45,603 nt of DNA, from the IMG/VR virus record IMGVR_UViG_3300032373_001135, positions 1-45,603 of that record. The stretch is one strand, 5' to 3'. Source of the DNA: a virus (lineage: Duplodnaviria; Caudoviricetes). The position numbers and the translations under genes were made by a program. The notes beneath the pieces are model-generated. The model was not told the DNA's origin. It saw only the letters and a program-made list of their open reading frames with translations, and did not search any database. This document shows, piece after piece, positions 1 through 9,453 of the stretch. Each line of letters starts with the position of its first letter. The first letter of the stretch is position 1.

Positions 1-141
1 CGTCCCGTTGAAGCTGAGCGTCCGGTCATGATCGGTGAAGCCGAAACTCGTGCCGTCCGCCCGCGAAATCCGCCAGCACCAGGTGAGCGTGGTGGTGCCA
101 TCGTCGAGATGGGCTTGCAGGTCAGGATTGATGCTTTTCAT
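1..141 (-). CDS. DUF2163/BR0599-family tail hub protein (RcGTA g13-like), N-terminal part only, runs off the window
   Basis: Manual translation from ATG at 141 gives MKSINPDLQAHLDDGTTTLTWCWRISRADGTSFGFTDHDRTLSF, with the GFTDHD motif. ATGA overlap with the stop of the upstream gene. Confidence 0.85.
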   Translation of the reverse strand, partial: MKSINPDLQAHLDDGTTTLTWCWRISRADGTSFGFTDHDRTLSFNGT

Positions 142-767
142 CGGCGGAGTTCCAGCAGTGGAATAGAGGTGATCGAGCCCAGTCTTTCGATGTCGTGCGT
201 CACATCGAGGGCGTCGCTGTCGAAACGGACCGGCACGTCGAATTCAAAGCCTGCAGTAATGGCGACGCCAGCCTCGGGCGCTGCGTCGAAGGTGACGACG
301 CCGGTCGTGGTGTCGACCGACCAGCCGGACGGCTGCTCCACCGCGCCGAGCGCAATGCGCACGGTTCCGGTCACTGGTTTAGCGATGGCGCGCGTCCAAG
401 ATTGTGCCCCGGAGGTGTAGCGCTTGACCAGTTGGAAGGCGGTCGTCGTGCCGTCGCCGGTGCCGATCACCTGATCAGCGGGCGATGGCGTGCCCGAGGG
501 CAGGCAGGATTTGTGGTCGCCCCAATCCTTGAAGCGGAAGCCGTGCAGGCGCCCGTTACGCGCCTCGAAGAAGGACACCACCGCCGCCAGATCGTCAGCG
601 CGGCGAATGCCGTAGGCGACATCGTAGCGGCGGCGCGAATTGGCCCAGCTGGCGTTGCGCTCCTCGTCACCGGAAGCGAGTTCGACGATCTGGGTCCGCC
701 GCTCGGGCCCGCCGCGTGCGCCGCGGCTGATGTTGTCGGGAAACCGGACCTCGTGAAACGCCATCAC
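138..767 (-). CDS. DUF2460/TIGR02217 distal tail protein (RcGTA g12-like)
   Basis: MAFHEVRFP...GGPERRT...FFEARNGRLHGFRFKDW...FDVPVRFD; follows the tape measure gene. Confidence 0.9.
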   Translation of the reverse strand: MMAFHEVRFPDNISRGARGGPERRTQIVELASGDEERNASWANSRRRYDVAYGIRRADDLAAVVSFFEARNGRLHGFRFKDWGDHKSCLPSGTPSPADQVIGTGDGTTTAFQLVKRYTSGAQSWTRAIAKPVTGTVRIALGAVEQPSGWSVDTTTGVVTFDAAPEAGVAITAGFEFDVPVRFDSDALDVTHDIERLGSITSIPLLELRR

Positions 768-3184
768 ATGCCCCTCCGGCCGAGCGAGACCGCGCGGGCG
801 ATGTCGGCCGCGACCTGCGTGCGGGACTGCCGGAAGCTTTCGGCGTCGCGGGCCATGATGGTGACATTGACCCCACTGCCGCCCGTGCCGTAGCCCTGAG
901 CGTCACGGAGCGACAGCACCCGCTCGCCCCGCTGCAGGATTGCAGGCACCTCGTCGTGGCGGAGCCCTGCAACACCGCCGCTATGCATCCGGGGCGCGGC
1001 TGCAAAGGCCATGGCCGGGACCAGCCGGCCTGGTCCGGAGGCACCTACTATGCCGCCTGCATGCAAGATGTTCGCGAAAATCCCGCCCGCACCCCCAAGC
1101 GCGCCGGAAAGCGCATTGGCGATCGGCCCGAGGATGAACCGTCGGGCCGCCAGCTTGGCGAGATCGGCCAACAGCGAGGTGACCAGACCGCGGAAGTCCA
1201 GTTTGCCGGTCTTCACGAACGTGGCCACCGCGTTCTCAGCCGACTGAAACGCGCCAACCAGCGCCTGACCGATATCGCCGCCGATATCCCGGGCCTTGCT
1301 GGCATAGTCGCTGAGCGCTGCGGTGACCGCCTGCCAGCCGGTGACGGCGGCTTCGGTGTTTGGTTCGGCAGCAGCGGCTGCAGCCTCGGCCGCAGCACCT
1401 GCACCCGTGGCGGCGCGTCCAGAATCACCAAGGGCGGTCTCCAGACGGTCAGCCGCGTCCGTTGCTTCGGCCAGCGCGTCTGCGCCACCCTCATTGCTGC
1501 CCTGTACCGCGTCACGTAGGGCCTGCCAGCTGGCGAGTGGCGCACGCGCGCCTTCGGCCAGATCCCGCGCGGCACCGCGATACGTGTTGGCCGTGGCCAG
1601 TGCAGTATTGGCCGCCTGGGTGAGCCCCAGATCGGGGGCTGTGAGCGGGTTGTTCTCGAACGCCCGGTCGAAAGCGGATTGTGCGGCGGTGGTTGCGGCG
1701 GTCGCTGCACCCTCAAAACGGTTCTCGATCTGACCCAACTCAAGATCTGGAATGATCGAAATGCGCCGCTCGGAGCCGAGCGCTTCCAGTCCCTGATTGA
1801 TCCCGCCTATGAACGTGTTGATCCGCGAGACGACGCCGTTCAGCATCGCCTCGACGCCGTCGATCAGGCTGTTCGCCGCCTGAAACGCCAGATCACCGAT
1901 GGCCGCTGGGAGCAGTCCCCAGATTGCCTTGATCGCCTCATAGGCCCCCTCAAACGTGTTCGCGGCCGCGTTGCCAAAAGCCACGACGCTCTCGATGGCG
2001 CTCTGCATGCCGGAGGCGGCATCGGCCTTCAGATCGAAGAACATCGCCGTGGCCGCAGCTCCCGCCGCCGCAGCCCCCATCTTGATGCGATCCCAGACCT
2101 CGACGGCCAGGTCCTTCAAGAGCGACATTGCCTCGCCAAATCCGCCAGCTCCCGACACAAGGCGGGTGAACTGGTAGACAAGCTCGCCCGCGCCAACGAT
2201 CAACGCCCCGATGCCGGTGCGGATCAGCGCGCCGCGCAGCAGGACCAGCGCTGTGGCGAGCCCACGGACCGACAGCGCTGCGACAGCCATCCCGGCGACC
2301 CAACGCCCTGCAAGAAAAGCCACAAACGTGGCGGCATAGGTGGTCAGACGGCCGATGTTGTCGAAAAGGCCCCGGATCGCGATACCGAGCGGCCCGGTGC
2401 GGCTGGCTACAGCCGCCATCGCGTTGGCGACCGCTTCCAGCGCAGGGGCCGCAGCGACGGCCAGTTGATTCGACAGCCCGCGCCAGATCAGGCCAAGCCG
2501 GGAGATCGCATCGTTCGTCCGTTCGATCTGATCGGCATCCTGCTCCGAAACGACGACACCGAAGGCGAGGACGTCCTCCGTCGCCTGCCGCAGCGTCGCG
2601 GTGTCGATGCGCGACATCGCTATGGAGCCTTCCTCGCCGAAAAGCTGGCCCGCTACAGCGGCGCGTTCTGCGGCGGGCACGAAACTTTCGATTGCCGCGT
2701 TGATCGCGCCCACACGTTGGTCAAGCGGCAGGGAAATCAGATCGGCAGCCGACAGCCCCAGCCGTTCCAGCGCATCGGCAGCGGGTCCGGTCCCGGCGGC
2801 GGCCTGGCTGAGGCGGCGTGTCAGATCCTTTGTCGCCAGCTCGATGCCCGACATCGAGACGCCCGCCAGCTCGCCCGCGCGCTCCAGCGTCTGGATCGAG
2901 GCGACCGTGGTGCCGAGGGACTGAGCCAGCTTGGCCTGCGCATCCACCGTCTGCAGGCCGGAGCGCACCATGGCGACGCCAGCAGCAGCAGCGGCGGCCA
3001 CTGCAGCGGCAGCGGCAATCCGAACCCTTCGCGAGAACGCCGCAAGCCGGGTGTTGGCTGCATCCATTTCCCGGCTGAGCCGCCCGAACCCGCGCGCCCC
3101 GGCTTCGCCCACGCCTTCCAGCTCGGCGCGCACCTGTCGGCCACCGACTGCGGCAAGTCGGACAGAAACGCGCTTTTCAGCCAT
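764..3184 (-). CDS. Phage tail tape measure protein
   Basis: 806 aa, Ala/Gly-rich and helical; C-terminal HAGG...MHSGG...DEVPAILQRGERVL; lies between the chaperones and the distal tail gene. Confidence 0.9.
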   Translation of the reverse strand: MAEKRVSVRLAAVGGRQVRAELEGVGEAGARGFGRLSREMDAANTRLAAFSRRVRIAAAAAVAAAAAAGVAMVRSGLQTVDAQAKLAQSLGTTVASIQTLERAGELAGVSMSGIELATKDLTRRLSQAAAGTGPAADALERLGLSAADLISLPLDQRVGAINAAIESFVPAAERAAVAGQLFGEEGSIAMSRIDTATLRQATEDVLAFGVVVSEQDADQIERTNDAISRLGLIWRGLSNQLAVAAAPALEAVANAMAAVASRTGPLGIAIRGLFDNIGRLTTYAATFVAFLAGRWVAGMAVAALSVRGLATALVLLRGALIRTGIGALIVGAGELVYQFTRLVSGAGGFGEAMSLLKDLAVEVWDRIKMGAAAAGAAATAMFFDLKADAASGMQSAIESVVAFGNAAANTFEGAYEAIKAIWGLLPAAIGDLAFQAANSLIDGVEAMLNGVVSRINTFIGGINQGLEALGSERRISIIPDLELGQIENRFEGAATAATTAAQSAFDRAFENNPLTAPDLGLTQAANTALATANTYRGAARDLAEGARAPLASWQALRDAVQGSNEGGADALAEATDAADRLETALGDSGRAATGAGAAAEAAAAAAEPNTEAAVTGWQAVTAALSDYASKARDIGGDIGQALVGAFQSAENAVATFVKTGKLDFRGLVTSLLADLAKLAARRFILGPIANALSGALGGAGGIFANILHAGGIVGASGPGRLVPAMAFAAAPRMHSGGVAGLRHDEVPAILQRGERVLSLRDAQGYGTGGSGVNVTIMARDAESFRQSRTQVAADIARAVSLGRRGM

Positions 3185-3503
3185 GGGAATGATCCATCTG
3201 TTCGTTGAGTTTGGCGACCATCACCGCTTCGATTACGGGCAGCAGTTCGGCTGCTGCGGCAGGTGGCACGCCGAGTGCATCGGCCAGCGCCAGCGCCGCC
3301 GACATGTCCCAGCCGACAACCGCGCCGGGAAGCACACGCAGCTGGCCACCGAGGCGACCGACCAGGTCCCAGACCTGCCAGCCCTCGAATGTGACGGGGC
3401 GGTTCAGCCGCGCCGTGCAGTCCGGGCAGGCTTGCGCGCGGGCTTGGCAGTATCGATCGCCCCCACCGAAGGACCATTCGGCGAGGGCGCGGAGACGTTT
3501 TTT
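3177..3503 (-). CDS. Tail assembly chaperone gpT-like segment, reached by -1 frameshift from the upstream gene
   Basis: Frame of ORF 3177..3641 (KKRLRALAEWSFGGG...WQVWDLVGRLGGQLR) is -1 relative to the 3844 gene, and a slippery A-AAA-AAC lies at 3497-3503. Confidence 0.7.
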   Translation of the reverse strand, partial: KKRLRALAEWSFGGGDRYCQARAQACPDCTARLNRPVTFEGWQVWDLVGRLGGQLRVLPGAVVGWDMSAALALADALGVPPAAAAELLPVIEAVMVAKLNEQMDHSHG

Positions 3504-3844
3504 TCCTGTTCCAGCAGCAAGCCTTTGGAGACGTAGGTCAGCTGAAAGGCCTCGAATATCGGCCAGATGTCCAAGAGCGCGTCGACGGCGTCTGGACTGG
3601 GGTCTATGGGATTGCCGTCCGCGTCGCCGATTCCCTCCCAAGCGATCACTGACCGTCGTGCCAGCGCTTTGGCAAAGGCGACGGCGCGTTCTTCGTCGGA
3701 TGCGGCCTCGGGGACCGCCTCCACAGCGGTGTCGCTGCGCGTCGCAACCATCAGTGCTGTCGTCAGCGGACGCAGTTGCACCAGAACGCCGGGCGCAAGC
3801 TCATGCCAGCACGGTGCATTGGTCAGATCGAGCGTGAGCATCAA
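3404..3844 (-). CDS. Tail assembly chaperone gpG-like
   Basis: Lies between tail tube and tape measure; has a WEGIGD motif and ...EQEKN at the slippery site. Confidence 0.75.
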   Translation of the reverse strand: MMLTLDLTNAPCWHELAPGVLVQLRPLTTALMVATRSDTAVEAVPEAASDEERAVAFAKALARRSVIAWEGIGDADGNPIDPSPDAVDALLDIWPIFEAFQLTYVSKGLLLEQEKNVSAPSPNGPSVGAIDTAKPARKPARTARRG

Positions 3845-4779
3845 TATACCTCAATGTCGTTGATCAGTGTGGCGGTGCACATCCGGCCGACCGTGCTGTC
3901 GCGCGCGGCCTGCCAGTCGAAGGTCGCCTGCACGCCCTGCGGCCCGGAAATCTCGATCCGGGGGCGCGGCAGGTAGACGGCGTGGACAGTGAAGGTGAAG
4001 CTCTCGCCAGAGGGCAGCGCATAGGCGAACTCAAGCTCGCAGGGATCGCCGTTGATCGCCTGCGTCACCAGCGTCTGATCGGCGAAGCGCACCTCGATGG
4101 AGCCGGTCAGCGCGGCGATGGACGGGTCCGCCCCGTCGATGCGGCCGTCCGAGCGGATGGTCTCGATCCGGTCGAGGTTGTTGGCATAGGTGATATCGGC
4201 CGAGACCACATTGCCGAGCGCGGAACCGTTCCGCGTGATCGCCCCGTTGAAATGGCCGAAACGCTGCAATTCCAGCGCAGCGGGCGTTCCTGCACTCGTT
4301 GTCGTGCCCACGGTCTCGCCCTGCGCCACCAGCCGGGCCGTTGCGGTCAGCAGACCAGAGCGCTGCATTTGCCAGTTGATCTGGTCAAGCACGCAGCCGG
4401 AATACATCGCAAAGCGTGGCACCTCGGGCATGCCAGTCTCGATGGACATGCTGGGCAGCGTCCAGGACCCTGACTGAAACTCGTGCGTCCAGGGGCCGGT
4501 GCCGGTCGTGGTTGGGTCACCAAAGGCTGCCTTCAGCCAGAACCCGAAAGCTTCCGCATCGAGCGGCACCAAGACGTCGCCATCGGCCGTCACTGCATCC
4601 TTGATCGGTGCCAGAGGATCCCGGCCATAGCCGAGCAGTTCGGAATTGAGCAGCGGCTGCTCCGCCCCCAGCGAGGTGCTGGCGAAGGGCATCTTCGTGA
4701 AGCCGCCCACGGGGGGCGTTCCATAGGTTGTTTCGAACGCAAGCGCCATCTGCGCCCGCGCCCCTTGGGCTCGTGCCAT
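3841..4779 (-). CDS. Phage tail tube (major tail) protein
   Basis: MARAQGARAQMALAFETTYG N-terminus typical of this family; 312 aa; GAGGAG RBS; synteny. Confidence 0.85.
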   Translation of the reverse strand: MARAQGARAQMALAFETTYGTPPVGGFTKMPFASTSLGAEQPLLNSELLGYGRDPLAPIKDAVTADGDVLVPLDAEAFGFWLKAAFGDPTTTGTGPWTHEFQSGSWTLPSMSIETGMPEVPRFAMYSGCVLDQINWQMQRSGLLTATARLVAQGETVGTTTSAGTPAALELQRFGHFNGAITRNGSALGNVVSADITYANNLDRIETIRSDGRIDGADPSIAALTGSIEVRFADQTLVTQAINGDPCELEFAYALPSGESFTFTVHAVYLPRPRIEISGPQGVQATFDWQAARDSTVGRMCTATLINDIEVY

Positions 4780-4803
4780 TGTGTTCTCCTCGGGTTGTCG
4801 GGA

Positions 4804-5223
4804 TCAGCCGAGCGGATCGGCCGTTGAATAGTACAGGACGACCGGCACGACGGCGGCCTTGAGGCTGGCCGCGCCTTCGACCGGCAGATCGACCGGTCGC
4901 GGTGCTTCCGCCTCGACCCAGTCGCAGAGGCCGCCAAGCGTGCGGTCGGTGGCAATAGCCCCACCGATGCTGGCGCACAGCGTGTCGAAAGCGGCGTCAC
5001 GGTTGGGGCCTTGTATGACAGCTTCGATTTCGGCGCGGTGCTGGTAGTGGTACGCGAGCGGCGACAGCGTGACCTCGGGCTCCCCCGGCTCGCCGTCGCG
5101 TAGGATCAGCAGGCCGTCGGCGGGGACGCGCTCGGGTACCACGTCACCGCGCAGGGCGTTGACGGGCAGCGCCAGAAGCCGCGCGAGTAGCGCGGTGAGG
5201 ATGGTTTCACGCGGGGTGGGCAT
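4804..5223 (-). CDS. Tail terminator-like protein (often mis-annotated as acyl-CoA transferase)
   Basis: MPTPRETIL...LILRDGEPGEPEV...DRTLGGLCDW; directly upstream of the tail tube gene. Confidence 0.7.
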   Translation of the reverse strand: MPTPRETILTALLARLLALPVNALRGDVVPERVPADGLLILRDGEPGEPEVTLSPLAYHYQHRAEIEAVIQGPNRDAAFDTLCASIGGAIATDRTLGGLCDWVEAEAPRPVDLPVEGAASLKAAVVPVVLYYSTADPLG

Positions 5224-5261
5224 GTTGTATCTTTCGAAGAGCGCGAGACGAAAGGCAGCTG

Positions 5262-5480
5262 ATGTTTGAACAACTTAGAGGGCAGATTGCAGTTAGGATT
5301 GCAAATCTACCGAATGGCACCCGCTTCAATCTTCGCGATCTACTTGACGGAGATTGGCCAGAAGATGCGGGTAACGCTCGGCAGTTGGGCCGGGATTTTC
5401 GAAGAAATCTTGCTAACTTTCCGAATGTAGAAGACGCAGGAAGGGATAATGAGAACCTCCGGTGGTACTTGAAACAATAG
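5262..5480 (+). CDS. Small accessory protein, DUF1413-like winged-helix
   Basis: 72 aa, FNLRDLL..DW...RQLGRDFR; AT-richer than its neighbours; antisense to the late operon. Confidence 0.55.
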   Translation: MFEQLRGQIAVRIANLPNGTRFNLRDLLDGDWPEDAGNARQLGRDFRRNLANFPNVEDAGRDNENLRWYLKQ

Positions 5481-5654
5481 GATCCGCAAATCGGCGGTCG
5501 CTCGACCGCGCCCACGTCTTCAAAGCCGACACCCCCACCTAACACCCACAGCTTGATCGTATCAGTATCGAATAAGCGATCGCGGTTGCCGCCCTGTGCG
5601 CTCACCCTGATCTCGACGCGGAGCCGACAACAAAGCATTCTGAGAGGTTCGACA

Positions 5655-6578
5655 ATGCTCTTCGATATTAACAAGGCTCTCAGTCTGCCAGATATTCGTG
5701 GCATCGTTGCCAAACGTGACGAAGTGCTGGATCGCTTCGGGCCGATATTCCGAGAACCCCTAAGCCTGACCAAGCAGGACTACCTCGATTTCCTGAGCTT
5801 CAAGCACAATCACCACTGGACGGGTTTGGAACGCTTGGGACGCCAAGCCACGGATGATATGGACAATTTACGAGAGGCTATAGGTCTCCTAGTAGACGAA
5901 ACCAAGCCGATCTCGGATAGATTTGATACCGCCTATTCCATGGTGCGTGGAGTCGGCGCAGCCACCCTCACCCCTATATTGCTACTGGCATACCCTGATC
6001 GATACGGCGTGTGGAACGGCACCAGCGAACCCGAAATGCGGGAACGCGGTGTCTGGCCGACCTTCACCCATGGCGCTTCGGAGGGTGAAAAGTATGAAAT
6101 AATCAACACCGTGCTCCTTCAACTCGCAAGAGACTTGAATGTGGACCTCTGGACGCTCGACGCCCTATGGTGGATGAGCAAGCTGGAACGTCAAAACACC
6201 GGCCATTACTTTGACTCCAGAGACATTGCGATCTGGAATATGGCGGAACAAGCCAGCCAGACAGCCAAGCAGTCCTACGGACAGACGGTCGAGCGTACCA
6301 TAAAGAACAAAGATCTCCGGCTCTCCAAAGAAGCTCTGATGACGCATCTCAAAGAGCTGCTGGAGGAGACGGGTGATAGGTGCGCCATTTCAGGCCTTGT
6401 TTTGCATTTTGAAGGGCCAGATTCACAATTGAGACCATCGCTGGATCGAATTGACAGCTCCGGGCATTACGAATCTGGAAATCTGCAGGTGGTGGCGCGT
6501 TTCATCAACTTCTGGAAGCGTGATACTGAGGATTCCGAGTTCCGTCGGCTACTCGCTATTGTTCGCGGAGAATTGTAG
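5655..6578 (+). CDS. Accessory HNH-like endonuclease with an N-terminal recognition-like domain
   Basis: ATG 5655 after GAGAGG. C-terminal CAISG...PSLDRIDSSGHYESGNLQVVARFINFWK is a His-Me finger motif. Confidence 0.75.
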   Translation: MLFDINKALSLPDIRGIVAKRDEVLDRFGPIFREPLSLTKQDYLDFLSFKHNHHWTGLERLGRQATDDMDNLREAIGLLVDETKPISDRFDTAYSMVRGVGAATLTPILLLAYPDRYGVWNGTSEPEMRERGVWPTFTHGASEGEKYEIINTVLLQLARDLNVDLWTLDALWWMSKLERQNTGHYFDSRDIAIWNMAEQASQTAKQSYGQTVERTIKNKDLRLSKEALMTHLKELLEETGDRCAISGLVLHFEGPDSQLRPSLDRIDSSGHYESGNLQVVARFINFWKRDTEDSEFRRLLAIVRGEL

Positions 6579-6607
6579 ACCCGAACTTTCTGACCGCGCT
6601 GTTGCGC

Positions 6608-7237
6608 TCATGCGCGTGTCTCTATCCAATTCGCCACGATCAGCCCCGGGACGCTGTCGAGCGCCCGCTCTGCGTCGCGGTCGAGATTCAGTCGTTTCGG
6701 CAGCTTGACCTGCGGCACCAGCAAGAAGATCGGCGCGGTGACCTTTCCGCGTCCAGTTTTCGCGCGTGAAACCACCGCCTGACCCTTGGTGTTCAGCCGT
6801 CCCTCCGCCACAAGCAGGCTCGGACCCGTTCGGCGATAGACAAACCGCAGGCGTAGACCGCGTCGGCGCTCCCATTCGGCCGGGGTGATCCGACCACCAC
6901 GTGTTGATTTTCCAGCAGCGGGCAGCGGTATTGCCAGCCAGAACCCATCCTTCGATCGGATCAGCGGCCCAGTGTCATGCGCTCCAACGATGACCGGGGC
7001 CTTGGACCGGACCAGCGCAGCGGCATCCAGGCTCTCGCCCGACCTCGGGAAGTTCTGGTTGCGGATCGAGTTGGCAAGCCGTCGCCCGAGACCAGCGCCG
7101 GTAATTTGCGTGCGCCAGGCCGTCTTCAGCCCGGTCCCGGCCTCGCGCATAGCGGCCGTCACCGCGCGTTCGCCCGCAGCGACCTCGGCTGCCATCATGG
7201 CGACGATGTCGGGATCGATGTCGAGTTTCAGTCTCAC
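6608..7237 (-). CDS. DUF6441-like neck/tail completion protein
   Basis: Basic 209 aa protein (WRTQITGAGLGRRLANSIR...FWLAIP) in the head-tail junction position. Confidence 0.7.
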   Translation of the reverse strand: MRLKLDIDPDIVAMMAAEVAAGERAVTAAMREAGTGLKTAWRTQITGAGLGRRLANSIRNQNFPRSGESLDAAALVRSKAPVIVGAHDTGPLIRSKDGFWLAIPLPAAGKSTRGGRITPAEWERRRGLRLRFVYRRTGPSLLVAEGRLNTKGQAVVSRAKTGRGKVTAPIFLLVPQVKLPKRLNLDRDAERALDSVPGLIVANWIETRA

Positions 7238-7548
7238 GCGGGCCTCAGATCGACGGTCCAGACCAATCGTTCCCGGTCACGAACGGGCTCGCCCTGGATG
7301 AGGAAGGCATCGCCGTCGATTTCCAAACGGTCGCCCGGACGCGGGTTGGACACTTCGGCAACGCGCAGGTCGACCCGGGTAGTTTCCGACCAAAGTCGTG
7401 CGTCGCCAAAGTCGGTGATCGCATCAGCAAGCCGCGAGACGATGCGCACCAGCATGGGCGTGCCGCCGTCGGCGATATATATCCCATCCCTACCGATGTT
7501 TGGATCGGTGAACAGTATTTCCATTGCGGATGCAAATGCGCTGGTCAC
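7234..7548 (-). CDS. Head-tail joining protein
   Basis: 104 aa, PRPGDRLEIDG..F.IQGEP.RD..RLVW; GTG start; synteny. Confidence 0.75.
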   Translation of the reverse strand: MTSAFASAMEILFTDPNIGRDGIYIADGGTPMLVRIVSRLADAITDFGDARLWSETTRVDLRVAEVSNPRPGDRLEIDGDAFLIQGEPVRDRERLVWTVDLRPA

Positions 7549-7564
7549 GACCTATACTGCCCTT

Positions 7565-8410
7565 ATGAAACAAAATTTATCTTCAAACAGTCCAGTTCGA
7601 AGCCGGGCGCTCGTTGCCCTAAGGACAGCATTTGCGCGCCAACGGCCCGACATCCTGATCGACGACAAAGGCTATGCCGCCGATTTTCGCGATACGCTTC
7701 TGCCGCTTGTTGCGACCGAGGATTTCGAGGTTGACCTGCAGGCCGGGGATGGCAACGAACTGCAGACCAAGTTCCGCGCCGCGCATTCATCCTCGGGGCT
7801 CGCGGTCAATTGTTTTGCACCGTTTCGGACCCGGATTGTCGATCTGGCTCTGCCGAGCTGCGGCCCCTTCGCGGCGCTGCAGTTCGAGCGCAAGTGCTCG
7901 ACCGGCCTTCGTGGCGGCCGCGCCCCCAACCTTGATGTCGTTCTGTCGGGTCCGAAAGGTGTTGTCGGAGTCGAGTCCAAACTGAGCGAGTATCTCGCAA
8001 GGCACCGAGCCTCATTCTCCCCCGCCTATGCCGAACAGATCCGCGATGAGCGGCGCGAACAAGGATATTTCCGTGAGATGCTGCGCCTGATCGATGCGCC
8101 TGACAGTTACGTCTGGCTGGACGCAGCGCAATTGATCAAGCATGCATTCGGGCTGGCGCGCACCTTTCGGGATCAGCCTGTGAGCCTGCTTTACCTGTAT
8201 TGGGAGCCCGCAAACCCGGATGCCAGTCCCGAATTTGTGGCCCACCGACATGAGATAGACGCCTTTTCGGAACGCGTGGCGGGATCGACGCCAGGGTTTC
8301 GGGCCATGAGTTATCCTGAACTGTGGCGTGCTTGGGATGATGCCGAGCCAGCAGAATGGTTGGCGCGGCATCTCAAGGCATTGCGGGCCCGATACGAGGT
8401 TACCCTCTGA
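7565..8410 (+). CDS. Accessory PD-(D/E)XK restriction-endonuclease-like protein (PGN_0703-like)
   Basis: In-frame ATG 7565; motifs SSSGLAVNCF, QFERK, PNLDVV, GVESKLSE, QLIKH, LYLYWEP. Confidence 0.7.
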   Translation: MKQNLSSNSPVRSRALVALRTAFARQRPDILIDDKGYAADFRDTLLPLVATEDFEVDLQAGDGNELQTKFRAAHSSSGLAVNCFAPFRTRIVDLALPSCGPFAALQFERKCSTGLRGGRAPNLDVVLSGPKGVVGVESKLSEYLARHRASFSPAYAEQIRDERREQGYFREMLRLIDAPDSYVWLDAAQLIKHAFGLARTFRDQPVSLLYLYWEPANPDASPEFVAHRHEIDAFSERVAGSTPGFRAMSYPELWRAWDDAEPAEWLARHLKALRARYEVTL

Positions 8411-8414
8411 TCCC

Positions 8415-9428
8415 TCACGTCCGCCGTGCCGAGCGCAGAACCTGCGGCCGGGTGCAGATCGGCAGCGGGTTGCTCTCGATTTCCAGACGCACCCATTCGT
8501 CACGGTCCCGATCGGGGATAGTGCGCGCGTAGAGCGGCAAGCCGAGGGTGTTGACCGTCTCGAAGGTGTCTGCGGGGGCATGGTAGATTTCAAAGAGGCC
8601 TTCCACCCCTTCGGGGTAGAAGAAGGCCTTATCGGTCGGCACGCCGAAGCCCGCCCCACCTCGATAGCGACGGAAGGTGATGCCGCCAAAGCTGACCTCG
8701 TCGGCAACCCGGCCGCGCAGATCGGCAGCTGCGGCAGTGTTGAGATAGGTCTCGCGCACCTCCTTGTGGGCGATGAGATCAGCGAAAAAGGCCGAGCCGC
8801 ATTCGGCGCGGACCTGCACGGCCCCGGCCGCGAGCCCGCCCATGCTATCTTCGACGCTTTCGATCAGCGCCTGACAGCGTTTGCGCAGCGCGCCCGAGCC
8901 CGGGGTCGCATTGTCCAGATCGAAGTCGATCTCGGTGGCGGGAGTGATGCCGAACTCGGTGAAGTAGTTGATAACCGTGGCACTATCTTTGGGGTCTTTC
9001 ACGATGCCCTGAATGCCGTTCAGCAGGTGATATTCGAACGTCGCCTCCGCATCCTGGCGCAAACGGCCGAGCTTTCGGGCGACCTCGCTTTGCACCTGCT
9101 GGGTCGCACTTTCCGAGCCGAAGTCACGAATGCCCTGAATCTCAGACGCCCAGAGCACGTCCTGCTTCTTGAACTGGCGGCAGACAAAGGCGCGCATGTC
9201 GCGGCGCTCGGGGACCTGTTGCTCGGCCGCCGAGCCGCGTTCGGAGAACGGGATCAGGGATAGCGTGCCATCCCGGCTTTCGATCACGACGGTGCGCGAG
9301 CGCACGCCGCGCGGCGAGAACAGGCTGGCACCCGACAGGATCGCGGGCTTGAAGGGGATGTTTTCCAGAGCACGGGTGAGTTCGATGATGGTGAAGGCAT
9401 CGCCTTCGAAGATATCCATGGTGGTCAT
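8415..9428 (-). CDS. Major capsid protein, lambda gpE family
   Basis: Start MTTMDIF at 9428 after GGAGG; C-terminal ESNPLPICTRP; follows the decoration protein. Confidence 0.9.
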   Translation of the reverse strand: MTTMDIFEGDAFTIIELTRALENIPFKPAILSGASLFSPRGVRSRTVVIESRDGTLSLIPFSERGSAAEQQVPERRDMRAFVCRQFKKQDVLWASEIQGIRDFGSESATQQVQSEVARKLGRLRQDAEATFEYHLLNGIQGIVKDPKDSATVINYFTEFGITPATEIDFDLDNATPGSGALRKRCQALIESVEDSMGGLAAGAVQVRAECGSAFFADLIAHKEVRETYLNTAAAADLRGRVADEVSFGGITFRRYRGGAGFGVPTDKAFFYPEGVEGLFEIYHAPADTFETVNTLGLPLYARTIPDRDRDEWVRLEIESNPLPICTRPQVLRSARRT

Positions 9429-9453
9429 GGGAATGCCTCCTTTGAGGGTTTGA

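Noticed and set aside
1679-3208. Long plus-strand ORFs opposite phage genes (e.g. 1679-3208, 11004-12170, 19623-21344, 23935-25284)
   Set aside because: Antisense shadows expected in high-GC coding DNA; no motifs or RBS.
5221-6612. CATG at both ends of the HNH moron as a target duplication
   Set aside because: Only 4 bp, and removing the insert does not restore a clean stop/start junction.
6977-7564. N-terminal extension of the 477-aa ORF
   Set aside because: Antisense to two structural genes; nuclease motifs begin only after ATG 7565.
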